Source of the DNA: Octopus bimaculoides
Lineage: Eukaryota
Direction of reading: 5' to 3'
Length of the DNA: 64,000 nt
NCBI RefSeq assembly: GCF_001194135.2
Contig: NC_068982.1
Location: forward strand, 145,060,303-145,124,302
In this document: positions 51,783 to 64,000 of the stretch, piece by piece
How the letters are laid out: the number at the start of each line of letters is the position of its first letter
Position numbering within the stretch: position 1 is the stretch's first letter
Program-made: the position numbers and the translations under genes
The notes under the pieces: generated by a model
Database searches by the model: none
What the model saw: only the letters and a program-made list of their open reading frames with translations
What the model was told of the DNA's origin: nothing

Positions 51783-52976
51783 ATATATATATATNNNNNN
51801 NNNNNNNNNNNNNNNNNNNNNNNNNNNNNNNNNNNNNNNNNNNNNNNNNNNNNNNNNNNNNNNNNNNNNNNNNNNNNNNNNNNNNNNNNNNNNNNNNNNN
51901 NNNNNNNNNNNNNNNNNNNNNNNNNNNNNNNNNNNNNNNNNNNNNNNNNNNNNNNATACATATATATATACATACCTACTTATCTACACACATAAATGCA
52001 TACATATATGCGCACACACATATATATCAGTCATAAGGGCACACACAATATATATAGATATATATGATAAAATAAATAAATCCATATAAAGGGCATTGTT
52101 ATAAACAACATACGAAGCGAACCCATACACATAAACCCATACACGAACAAACACACAAGAAATTTCACGGACGGCCACAACAATATCAACAACATGAATA
52201 ACAACAACAGCAGCAGCGGCGGTGACAACGATGGCAATAACAACAGCAAAAACTGTCACGATGGCACTATCGTGGGCGAACACACAAACATAGAGAGACA
52301 ACAGCAGTACAATGGGGTGAGAGGATAGGGCTGAGGGGAAAGCCATACTACTGCTAAGAACGATGACACACACACAAACATACACGCACACACATGCACA
52401 TACACACATGCACACACACATACACAAACACGGACGCAAAGGATAGAAGAACAGAATAGAAAAAAAGGGGAACAAGAGCACACACGAAGACTAAAAGTAT
52501 CGCTGAAGTGGTCACAGATGTGTGACGAAAGATTTCCGGACAATGGACATGAGTTAAAATTAATTAAAAAAAACAGTAATAAACGAGTGAAGAACAAATA
52601 TATAGAGCGTGTGCTTATTTGGAAAAAAAAATATCCATCCGGAAATACAACAATATATATATGTGTAGTAATAATTAGCGTTATTAATGCATTGCATTTG
52701 TTATAAAGGCAGAATTCTGAAACTGAAAACCTATTTTTGCTATTGATTCCTGTGTTAGATTTTGTTTCGCGAAAAATAATACAACCACTTTTATAATCAT
52801 TATCAGATTTTCTGTATCGTGGCCGATCGCTGCATACGTACGTACATACATGCAAACATACATACATATATACATACATATGTATGTATTAACGTAAATA
52901 ATCACACAGGCACGCACAAACTTATATGTGTGGGTATACATATATATACATAATATAATATATACATGCATACATA

Positions 52977-53009
<33 letters not shown>

Positions 53010-53297
53010 GCATTTATACATTCATAAGTATGTGGAAGACATTACATATATCAATATTAAATACCAAACGTTTTAACTATTCTTACCCGAGGCATATAAT
53101 CATATAATCACAAAAGTGCTGAGAATTCGTTATTAATAAGTTAGGATCTAAGGAACTTCGACATATTCTAAGATATAAATGTGAAAGTTCACTTCCAAAA
53201 ATCACATGAAACGAAAGTATGTGATACACACACACACACACGCATATTTACACACACATACACACACACATATATGTATGTATGCATGTATGTATTG

Positions 53298-53340
<43 letters not shown>

Positions 53341-54263
53341 TATATATGTGTAAACATACATATATATACATAGATTTATATATATATATGCACATATACT
53401 TACATATACACACGTATATATATACATTGATGTGTATATATATATATATAGAGAGAGAGAGAGATAAAGAGATACATACATACACACGAACACACACATA
53501 TGCGTATATATAATTATATCTGTATCATGTATATATGTATATATATATGCATACACACATATGTATATACATGCACATACACACACATATATCTTTCTAC
53601 CTGCTCTCTCTCTTTTTGTACAGACATACATACACGCACAGATGTGTGTGTATGCGTATGTGTGAATGTGTGTACAAACACACACACACACACACACACA
53701 CATACACACATATATATATATATANNNNNNNNNNNNNNNNNNNNNNNNNNNNNNNNNNNNNNNNNNNNNNNNNNNNNNNNNNNNNNNNNNNNNNNNNNNN
53801 NNNNNNNNNNNNNNNNNNNNNNNNNNNNNNNNNNNNNNNNNNNNNNNNNNNNNNNNNNNNNNNNNNNNNNNNNNNNNNNNNNNNNNNNNNNNNNNNNNNN
53901 NNNNNNNNNNNNNNNNNNNNNNNNNNNNNNNNNNNNNNNNNNNNNNNNNNNNNNNNNNNNNNNNNNNNNNNNNNNNNNNNNNNNNNNNNNNNNNNNNNNN
54001 NNNNNNNNNNNNNNNNNNNNNNNNNNNNNNNNNNNNNNNNNNNNNNNNNNNNNNNNNNNNNNNNNNNNNNNNNNNNNNNNNNNNNNNNNNNNNNNNNNNN
54101 NNNNNNNNNNNNNNNNNNNNNNNNNNNNNNNNNNNNNNNNNNNNNNNNNNNNNNNNNNNNNNNNNNNNNNNNNNNNNNNNNNNNNNNNNNNNNNNNNNNN
54201 NNNNNNNNNNNNNNNNNNNNNNNNNNNNNNNNNNNNNNNNNNNNNNNNNNNNNNNNNNNNNNN

Positions 54264-54315
<52 letters not shown>

Positions 54316-55009
54316 GATAGATAAATAGATAGATAGATAGATAGATAGACTGAGAAATACATACACAGAGTTATATACTTACAAATACTTGTATGTATAT
54401 ATTTATGCTTCAAAGTGCGTATAACAGTATCTATTTAGGAATATACGTATATCTTAATCTTTGAAACAATGCCGAAGGTAATTTTCCTTTTAAGATTTGT
54501 AAACAGAATAAGAATATTGTCGGTTTGACAGTTCATATATATATAAAAAAGATAAATTCCCGTTTGCCATTAAAGAGATTTTTATGGTGCTCATATCATC
54601 AGCTTATTGAATGATAATAATCAGAGATGAAATCTGATATGATACTATGATTGATGAATAAACGTAACCTGGGGCCACTAACATGTGGTTGGCTTTGCAG
54701 AAATTACATTCAATAAGGGAGATCATGACATCGATATATAGTGCAGTTCTTGGGAAAATTGAATTTAAAGTACAGAACAGTTGTTGAAACGACTGAGTTG
54801 CATTAGAATGCTAAACTGGGCAAATGATATGACAGAATGAACAGAACTACAGTCATTCGAAAAAAACAAATACAATTTTCCTTACATAAAGTAGAAAAAA
54901 AAAAGAATGTTTTGAATTGGTTCTCGAAGTACAAATAGAGCTATGAATATGCAATAGGTGTATGAATCTGACAGGGATAAATGTTGAATAAAATAATAAT
55001 TAACTTATC

Positions 55010-55061
55010 CACCTATATTTTCTTTTACCCAAGATCGGAAGCTTTTCAACACCCGCTCGTA
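55010..55061 (-). mobile_element. Isolated mariner-type TIR fragment
   Basis: Reverse complement TACGAGCGGGTGTTGAAAAGCTTCCGATCTTGGG resembles TA-CGAGGG mariner termini. No partner found. Confidence 0.35.
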
Positions 55062-55075
55062 ATAGTATTTACATA

Positions 55076-55206
55076 TTGGGTCGAAAAACCGTTTGAAATA
55101 GAAATAGTCGAAAGCAGACTGTAGAACATCTATCATCTTTATAGATGTTGGTTCGAGTCTCTCGAGAAGCCTTCGACTTTTCCTGTCCAAAAGGGTTTTC
55201 AACCCA

Positions 55207-55207
<1 letters not shown>
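55076..55207. mobile_element. Small mariner-type MITE
   Basis: ta-TTGGGTCGAAAAACC ... GGTTTTCAACCCAA-ta: imperfect TIRs with TA duplication. Confidence 0.6.
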
Positions 55208-55238
<31 letters not shown>

Positions 55239-55446
55239 GCTTCTATTTATAGCATTATATGTACTTCGAGAACCAATTCTAAAAAAGAAAAAAATCAAAC
55301 TATTCCATGTTCTCTCTAAAATTTACAAATTCATATGGTATAAAGGAAAAATAAATATTTCATTTAAGTTTTTAGATATTAATTTTTGGGAAGGGTCACG
55401 TATTTAGTTAAACAATATCTCGAGATTAGGTTATTTGTAATACATG

Positions 55447-55655
55447 AGGCGGTAAGCTGACAGAATCGCTAGCACGCCAGACAAGACATTGAGTGGATTC
55501 CTTCTGGTTTTACGTTCTGAGATCACATTCTGCCAAGTTTGATTTGTTTTCTCTTTCCAGGTCGATAAGATAAGCACTAGTTGAGAACTGGGGTTAATTT
55601 AATCGACAAGCCCCCTCCCACCAAATTCCAGGTTTTATGCCTATTGTAGAAAGGA
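55447..55655 (+). mobile_element. SINE family 2
   Basis: AGGCGGTAAGCTGACAGAATCGCTAGCACGCC...TTCTGAGATCAC...GTCGATAAGATAAGCAC...TGTAGAAAGG. Confidence 0.8.
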
Positions 55656-57239
55656 AAAACAGATTTAGTAATATTAAAAAAATCCGGTCACTAGTATAAT
55701 ACTTCTGGTTTTACCAGTTTGATCCTGTGAGAAACACAACTACGCATTCTTTATTTTCCTAAATAGTGTAAGCTGTTTTTGTCAAGGACAGAATGCAATT
55801 CTTGGAGCGGGAGATGTATTGATAACGTAGAAGCCAAGGTAAACTGATCTCTCAAATACTGGAAATCAATAGGGTTTAGATGAACGGTTCCTTATCAACA
55901 GAGCAAACCGTGAGCTGCTGATCTAAATTTCTGGTTTTTTACATTCTTACCAGTATTAATGTCACTTATGCAACAACTAAATTCCTCTCACAGATAGGAA
56001 TGATATAATTTCCCATTTATACGACCATGAAATATTGGCCAATGCTGGATAGTCAAGCAAAAAACCCCCCCCAAAAAACCCCAAAAAAAGTAAAAAAGAA
56101 AAAATAAGCATGTGTTTAACCATTATTATACTAGATGGAAGTTGAATGGTATAGCAAAATATATAGAGTGATGGCGAAAATTCTTTGAATTGTTTAGTTA
56201 GTCACGCAGCTTTATAACTTCAGGCGAAGAATTTGCTATTAATTCTCCCGGAGACTATAAAACAGATTGATTTGGAGTGTAGTTTTTCTTAAAAAGTGCG
56301 GCCTTGTGTTTACTTTTAAATTGATTATTAAACTTGAAATAATTTCACTTCACTACTAAAAGTTACAAACGTAACGCTGTCTGGAATACGAGTGAAAATT
56401 ACAACCACTAATTTTTACAACCATAGAATACATTCTTACAGTAACGTTAGAAGAGATAGGCATTCGTTATGAGTGGCATCAAAAGTGTTAGGTTGGCAAT
56501 AAGCATTAGTGTAGGATAAAACGTTTCAGCTCTTTCCGTTTTGAGTTCAAATCAGTTTAACTTCCAGCTTTTCTGAATCTCCTATATTTGTGTTAGAAAC
56601 GATAATTAATGTCATCAATAGGGTGGTGGATTGCCAAAATCTATAACCACGTTAGAGTTCACTTTTTATCATGCCAGGGTGAATAAAATAAAGTTCTCAA
56701 GTCAATTTAATCAACTACTTCTCTCTCCATCGAATTTGAGATTTTGTGTCTATGTTATAAATGATCATTAATAGCATCGGTACAATATAATGCTTGTTAG
56801 TACTGATCCTCGCACTTCAGAATTAAAACAAATCTTGCAGCTGTGATTTATGAAACCCGACGATTATATTTAAATGGATCGACATGTCTTATAGAAACTG
56901 TTAATTGCATCTCTTGCCCTTACAAAAATTTTTTTATTCTGCACAAGCTATACAGCATTTCTAATCAGATATTTATGTAGTTCGTCACCTTCTGCTTTTG
57001 TTCATCTATCATTTTGTTGATAAAAATAAAATAAAAAAGAAACTCAATAGCCTAAGATAATTTATTTTCCTCTAAAAATGTTCATATGTGACATAAATAA
57101 CAGTATTCTGCAGAGAGATATACGTCTGGCTAGTTATAGGAAAAATAACTATTTTGGAAACGATTTTAATTTCTGTAACAGATATGTATAATAACTGTTT
57201 CTAACAAAGGTATAAGATCAGAACTTTTAAATTTCAGAC

Positions 57240-57520
57240 GCATGTCTCTTGCAGTAGTTTGCTTCTGTTGTTGTGAAGTTTGGTGAAATGTCAAGAGACT
57301 TCTTAGGCGATTGTCTTGATATCGATCCTCCGTACAAATTTACTATGTATAGGAAAAAGACTTCACATATGAGATCGATGCTGTGTACCTCGGTCTTACC
57401 AGAGTCTATTCCTAGATATTATCTTCGTTTTGGGGGACGTAGAGTCGATGAGACTGTACACGACTTGACTAAATGCCTAGCTTAATGAGTTACCATCTTT
57501 TCCGTTCTGAATTAACTCTC
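57240..57520 (-). mobile_element. Possible degraded LINE remnant
   Basis: Minus fragments KLGI...HRLYV...TLVRPR resemble the LYKTLVRPxxEY region after the RT domain. Many stops. Confidence 0.3.
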
Positions 57521-58302
57521 GTGATTTCAACGTTCTCCTTGCCAATACCCAAAGTCGTTAAAACTTTCACTAGTTATCTACCGTCGTATATTAAATCAGC
57601 TACACACTCTCCTCTACTATTTCTCCAAGAAATCATTATTACTTTTTTAAAAGTTTATCTGAGCCAAATGAACGCTGGTGATCTCTTGTAAGCTGAGGTC
57701 CTTGTTCAGGTCTTACAACACACACGAGTGAGACCGACCTCAGACCGTCAAAGAAACACTTAAGAGCCACTGTTGTGAGTGAAAATAATAATTTATCAAT
57801 GTACTGTATAATCATCAGAAACAGTTAAAATCACAAGTTTGGTTCATCACAATAAATTTACCATCGTACCATCGTTTGGTACGTCACAATGACATTGACA
57901 TATACGAATAACATAGTATCGTTTCCATCGTAAATGCATTTCTTTTACTTCTCTGTTTCACAAGATATATTGCGTTGGCACCGAAATTATCTCGAAAATC
58001 AAGTCAGTCGAACTAATTATTATATTGGCTTCGATAAACTAATCTATCGATGAAAGAAATCCTCTGGGTCGTCAGTGGCATTCGAAAATGATACGAGGTC
58101 AAGAAGTTAAGTAGAGGGATTGTAGTACACTAATTGCTTTGGTCATTAATCACTAGAACAACAGGACAGGTAGTGTGTTTGTTAATGCCAACGTCAGATA
58201 TACATCTAATCCATCTTGAAAAACACGGACGATTGAGAGACATTCTCTCTCATATGTATACACATATACACATATATACATACATACATACATACATAAT
58301 GC

Positions 58303-58354
<52 letters not shown>

Positions 58355-58838
58355 CTATATAGTTTTATGCAAGCATGTACGTTTGTATATATATACTTAT
58401 ACACAAACATATATGTCTATTTCCCTCTCAATACACAGACATACATATCCATCCATGCATACATTCGTACGTAACGTACATGTATACACACTCACAAATA
58501 CGAATTACGAATGCCAGTCATTTTGCCTACAAACTGTGAATGTAGAGCGGAATGACTTCGAAGATAAAGTAATGGTGGGTATGTTTTCTGACAGGAATAT
58601 ATATCTTGTGTAGAAAATGGTATAGCTATTTCTCTTCTTGTATAAGAAATCTGGTTTTCCTAAATGTAACCAAGTCTGTCATGAAGCACTTAAATTCTGC
58701 AACATTCTCTTGTGAATTCTCTGTGTTTTTGCTAGAACATGTGTATTCACTAATTTTATGCTGTCGGTTTCAGGGTTTTTTTTTCCTTAATTCATCTGCA
58801 GATTGGTATGATGTATCATATTCGTTCTTTATCTTGAC

Positions 58839-59142
58839 CAGAAGTTCTCAAACTTATTGGGTCACTGCTTCCCTCATGGCCATATAATACCCTCAGCACC
58901 CCACTCCTACTTTTATGTATAAATAAATATTTTATATTTCACTAATATATATATACTATGAATCATTTGATATTTAATATAATATATAATTTGTATAGAA
59001 TACTATAACAATATTATAATAAATATTATAATAGCGTACCCCAATTCATTGCCTTCCTCCCAACACCATCGCCCACCATCGCCCACCTGGACCGTCTCAA
59101 CGCCTACCGGTAGGACGGAAGCACCCATTTTGAGAATCTATG
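58839..59142. mobile_element. hAT (Charlie-type) MITE
   Basis: TIRs CAGAAGTTCTCAAA / TTTGAGAATCTATG. 8-bp TSD ATCTTGAC (58831-38) / ATCTAGAC (59143-50), matching the NTCTAGAN target preference of Charlie elements. Confidence 0.8.
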
Positions 59143-59801
59143 ATCTAGACTAAAGTGTTGGTGGTGGTCATGCATACGACCGTCATCATGCCAAGGCCGG
59201 TAGTTTCATACCCAGACAGATTTGGAAAGCTATGGTGGTCCGGTGGAGCTGGTAATTCTTAAACCATTTTCTCTTGGCCTCTCTCCTTTAGAAATGTGTC
59301 GTGCTGCTGCTAAATAGTTTGTATTGAGACACGAAAGAAAGTCAACTGAGAGAGCATTTGGTAGTGTTTGCTTCTAGTGTGTAGGGCCTTGGCTAAGTGA
59401 TTTCAGGCACATTAAGCCCTCGCTGATAGGCTTTTGAGTTCTAGGATGTAACATTAAAATCAGAAATGGAGGTTCACGGATCTGGATTTTGAAGTACCAC
59501 ATCGAGTAAACTTTTACCAGGTGTATTTTTCTGAAGGACGTGTATTTCTTCCCATCTGTAGAGAGTCTTCATTTATTTCCTTGTAGGCTTATTATGAACC
59601 ACTAACACATTACTTTCTGTCAGGGTGAATGTACTAAGTTTTTATCATTTTAGAGTGGCCTACAAATCAGTACAGTAGGGATTGGTTAATTATCACCACA
59701 ATGAGATATCGCAATTTTAAGATCATTTGCAATCCACTATGATAATCTATTAAAACTGTTTCTTGAGATGTATTATATAGAAATATTGTCATTATTATAA
59801 T

Positions 59802-60620
59802 GCAGCGAGCTGGCGGAATCGTTAGCAGGCCTGGCGAAATGCTCAGCGATATTTCGTCCGTCTTTACGTTCTGAGTTCAAATTCCTCCGAGGTCGACTTT
59901 GCTTCCGCCGAGGCCGACTTTGTGTTTCGGGTGTCAATATATTGAGTACCAGTCAAGTACTGGGGTCGATGTAATCGATTTAATACCTTCCCCCAAATCT
60001 GAGATCTTGTGCTTCCAGTAGAGAGAATTATAATGATAGCCAAGGAGGCGAGCAAGCAGAATTCTTACCGCACCAGAGGAAATGCTCAGCGGCATTTCGT
60101 CCGGCTTAACGTTCAGTGTTCAAATGCCGCCAATGTCGATTTTACGCTTTATCCTTCCGGGGTCGATAAAATAAGTATCAACTGATCAATGGGGTTGAAA
60201 TTATTCCGAAATTTCTGGTCTTGTGCCAAAACGTGAAACCAAAGGCGGTAAGCTGGCAGAATCGTTAAAACGCCGGGCCTAATGCCTAGCGGCATTTTGT
60301 CTGTCTTTTTGCTCTGAGTTCAAATGCTGCTGAAGTCGACTTTGCATTTCATCCTTTGGTGGTAGTGGTGGGGGCATGATAAATAAAGTATCAGTCAAGC
60401 ATTGGGGTCGATATAATCGAATACTCCCTTCCCTTCTCAATTTCCAGGTTTGTGCAAAAAAGGAAGTTATTATAGCTACAGGCGGTAGAATGGCTAAATC
60501 GTTAGCGCCATGAATAAAATGTGTTGCGCTTTTTATCCTGATATTTTACCTCTGAGTAATCGACTAAACCCCCAATTCTTTTCAAAGCTTTTGGTAATGT
60601 GAGCAAAGTAGAAACAATTG
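59802..60620 (+). mobile_element. Head-to-tail array of four SINE family 2 copies
   Basis: Starts at ~59802, ~60042, ~60241 and ~60479, each with a GGCGG/GCGAG-CTGGCAGAATCGTTA-like head. The fourth is internally deleted. Confidence 0.88.
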
Positions 60621-60653
60621 TTATGATTACGACTTTGAGTTTCGAATGTGTTA

Positions 60654-60693
<40 letters not shown>

Positions 60694-60819
60694 GGGTTAT
60701 TAAGAAAGAAAATTAGAAATCTCATCATAAAAATATATATTTATTTACGAACCATCATGAAAAGTGCTTTGTAGTAAACGAACGAATTAGCAACAACACT
60801 CTTACAGACAAAAGGAATT

Positions 60820-60821
60820 AC

Positions 60822-60873
<52 letters not shown>

Positions 60874-61066
60874 TAATAATAATAATGATGATGATGATGA
60901 TGATGATGTTGACGACAACCGATAATGATTATGATGATGATAATGATGATAATGATAATAATTAAAATAATGATGATGATGATNNNNNNNNNNAATGATT
61001 ATGATGATGATAATGATGATAATGATAATAATTAAAATAATGATGATGATGATGATGACGACGACT

Positions 61067-61099
<33 letters not shown>

Positions 61100-61108
61100 G
61101 TAATAATA

Positions 61109-61156
<48 letters not shown>

Positions 61157-61670
61157 GTGGCTATACATCCCCCTCTTTTACACATAGTGTAGAAACACTT
61201 AGCATACAAACATGCATGCAAGATAGTCGGTCGAAGAAAACAAATATAAACATAGACTTGTAGAAATAGGCGGATGTCGTTATTCTCAAACACCTGTTTT
61301 CATCTCTATCGCCACAACCATCCCATCCAACATACCACCATCACCGTCACCATCACACCACTTTCCCACCATCAACACCATCATCTTCCCTACCCCTTCC
61401 GTATCCTCCTGCCCCTCCTCCTCCTCCTCCTCCTCATCATCATCAATGACATCCTCTTCCTTCTCTTCCTTCCCTTCCTTCTCTTCCTTCTCTTCCTTCT
61501 CTTTCTTCTCTTTCTTCTCTTCATAATTATCGTTATCATTGTCGTCATCATCGTCGTCATCATCACCACCAACTCCTTTTCCTCCTCTTCGTCCTCCTCC
61601 TCGACTTCCTTCCTCCTCCTCTTCTTTCCTCCTCTTCTTCCTTCCTTCCTTCCTTCCTTCCTTCCTTNNN
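60820..61670. repeat. Compound trinucleotide/low-complexity tract: (AAT)n, (GAT)n, (CAT)n, (CTT/CCT)n, (CCTT)n
   Basis: Directly visible. Confidence 0.95.
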
Positions 61671-62365
61671 NNNNNNNNNNNNNNNNNNNNNNNNNNNNNN
61701 NNNNNNNNNNNNNNNNNNNNNNNNNNNNNNNNNNNNNNNNNNNNNNNNNNNNNNNNNNNNNNNNNNNNNNNNNNNNNNNNNNNNNNNNNNNNNNNNNNNN
61801 NNNNNNNNNNNNNNNNNNNNNNNNNNNNNNNNNNNNNNNNNNNNNNNNNNNNNNNNNNNNNNNNNNNNNNNNNNNNNNNNNNNNNNNNNNNNNNNNNNNN
61901 NNNNNNNNNNNNNNNNNNNNNNNNNNNNNNNNNNNNNNNNNNNNNNNNNNNNNNNNNNNNNNNNNNNNNNNNNNNNNNNNNNNNNNNNNNNNNNNNNNNN
62001 NNNNNNNNNNNNNNNNNNNNNNNNNNNNNNNNNNNNNNNNNNNNNNNNNNNNNNNNNNNNNNNNNNNNNNNNNNNNNNNNNNNNNNNNNNNNNNNNNNNN
62101 NNNNNNNNNNNNNNNNNNNNNNNNNNNNNNNNNNNNNNNNNNNNNNNNNNNNNNNNNNNNNNNNNNNNNNNNNNNNNNNNNNNNNNNNNNNNNNNNNNNN
62201 NNNNNNNNNNNNNNNNNNNNNNNNNNNNNNNNNNNNNNNNNNNNNNNNNNNNNNNNNNNNNNNNNNNNNNNNNNNNNNNNNNNNNNNNNNNNNNNNNNNN
62301 NNNNNNNNNNNNNNNNNNNNNNNNNNNNNNNNNNNNNNNNNNNNNNNNNNNNNNTATATTATATA

Positions 62366-62405
<40 letters not shown>

Positions 62406-62845
62406 CACGTGCATGTACATATATATTTACATATTTTCTAACAAGAATTTTGTGAATAGAATTGTTAGTTATAGATTCTCAACGGGCCATTCACTAGTTT
62501 ACACCATTTTTCGTGGTAGCGCAGCCAACGGCTATCAGCGAAATTTGAGCGGAATAAGTACGGTAGGTTACTTTTGTTTAAACGCACCGGTTTAGCTGCC
62601 CCGGTTTCATCGTTTGTTTTCTTCCAAATAACGACATAAAAACCGCTTAAAAGCGTATGTGTATATGTATGCATGTGTGTATGTACGTACATACGTACGT
62701 ACGTGCGTATGTATGCATGTATGTATGTGCATATGTATGTATGTGTGTATGTATATATGTATCTATGTGTATGTGTGTATCTATCTATCTACGTACACAC
62801 ACAAGCGCGCACTCTCTCTCTCACACACACACTCCACACAAAGAA

Positions 62846-63022
62846 CCCTCTCTTTCAGATATCGCCACAAGAAAAAAAATCGGGCTAGTCAAGTCTGGGG
62901 AACGTAAAGGCTAGTTGATACTGTCGTAGCGCGAGATTATTTCCTCTCCAAAGCATTGCCGTAGCAACTGCATTCTTTCTCTTGCAGTATGAGTAGCTGC
63001 CCTATCTTGCTGAAAACATGTG
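62846..63022 (-). mobile_element. Tc1/mariner (maT/DD37D-like) transposase fragment
   Basis: Minus translation, allowing a stop and a frameshift: FQQDRAATHTARE...FGEEIISRYDSIN*PLRSPDLTSP(D)FFLWRYLKER, containing the FQQDGA and WPxRSPDL motifs. Confidence 0.8.
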
Positions 63023-63033
63023 TGAGGTCTACT

Positions 63034-63394
63034 TCACGTTCCTCAGATTTGACTAGCCCGGATTTTTTTTTCCTGTGGGAACACCTGTAACAAACCGGAG
63101 ACACTGGTGCAACTGATGGAGAACATCAATAGAGAAACCAGAGAAGTGGGATCTGAAACTCTGGAGGGTGTTTTGGTGAAAGTTTGGAAACAGCACGGGC
63201 GTACGAAGCCGAAAATGGCTCCAATTTAAGCGATGTCCTTTTTCACATGTGATGTAGTGGTGTTGCAAAATTTGACTTGTGTGTATTAATTTCCATTATG
63301 CTCTTTATATCATATCAAAAGTTCATGCATTTATTTGTAAAGTTAAGGATGTTACTAAAAGTTGAAACCCCTCAGTGATTTTTGGGACACCGTG
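63034..63394 (+). mobile_element. Tc1/mariner (maT/DD37D-like) transposase C-terminus and right TIR
   Basis: SRSSDLTSPDFFFLWEHL...EAENGSNLSDVLFHM*. Ends TTTTGGGACACCGTG-TA (reverse complement CACGGTGTCCCAAAA). Confidence 0.8.
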
Positions 63395-64000
63395 TATATA
63401 TATATATATATATATATATATNNNNNNNNNNNNNNNNNNNNNNNNNNNNNNNNNNNNNNNNNNNNNNNNNNNNNNNNNNNNNNNNNNNNNNNNNNNNNNN
63501 NNNNNNNNNNNNNNNNNNNNNNNNNNNNNNNNNNNNNNNNNNNNNNNNNNNNNNNNNNNNNNNNNNNNNNNNNNNNNNNNNNNNNNNNNNNNNNNNNNNN
63601 NNNNNNNNNNNNNNNNNNNNNNNNNNNNNNNNNNNNNNNNNNNNNNNNNNNNNNNNNNNNNNNNNNNNNNNNNNNNNNNNNNNNNNNNNNNNNNNNNNNN
63701 NNNNNNNNNNNNNNNNNNNNNNNNNNNNNNNNNNNNNNNNNNNNNNNNNNNNNNNNNNNNNNNNNNNNNNNNNNNNNNNNNNNNNNNNNNNNNNNNNNNN
63801 NNNNNNNNNNNNNNNNNNNNNNNNNNNNNNNNNNNNNNNNNNNNNNNNNNNNNNNNNNNNNNNNNNNNNNNNNNNNNNNNNNNNNNNNNNNNNNNNNNNN
63901 NNNNNNNNNNNNNNNNNNNNNNNNNNNNNNNNNNNNNNNNNNNNNNNNNNNNNNNNNNNNNNNNNNNNNNNNNNNNNNNNNNNNNNNNTATGTAAACGTA

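Noticed and set aside
59802-60620. Regularly repeated units as a CRISPR-like array
   Set aside because: The units are ~200-bp diverged SINE copies with no short identical repeats or unique spacers, in a eukaryotic context.

Overview
AT-rich, microsatellite-dense eukaryotic DNA from a gapped draft assembly. The repeat types and simple-repeat density suggest a coleoid cephalopod, probably Octopus (inference from remembered repeat families, not a database search). I recognise no host protein-coding exon; nearly all long ORFs in the track are microsatellite or N-gap read-through. The window is a transposon graveyard: at least four tRNA-derived SINE families, LINE 3' remnants (CR1/L2, RTE, Dong/R4), a non-autonomous Helitron with a canonical 3' hairpin and CTAG end, and Tc1/mariner, hAT and piggyBac-like MITEs. 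The main signal is RNA-structural. A short inverted-terminus repeat family (copies at 6001-7888 and 47091-47394) carries all hammerhead-ribozyme core motifs and three complementary stems, but in a non-circularly permuted, pseudoknotted order. A separate ~380-bp foldback at 50755-51137 carries a Penelope-type minimal type I hammerhead-like motif in each arm.
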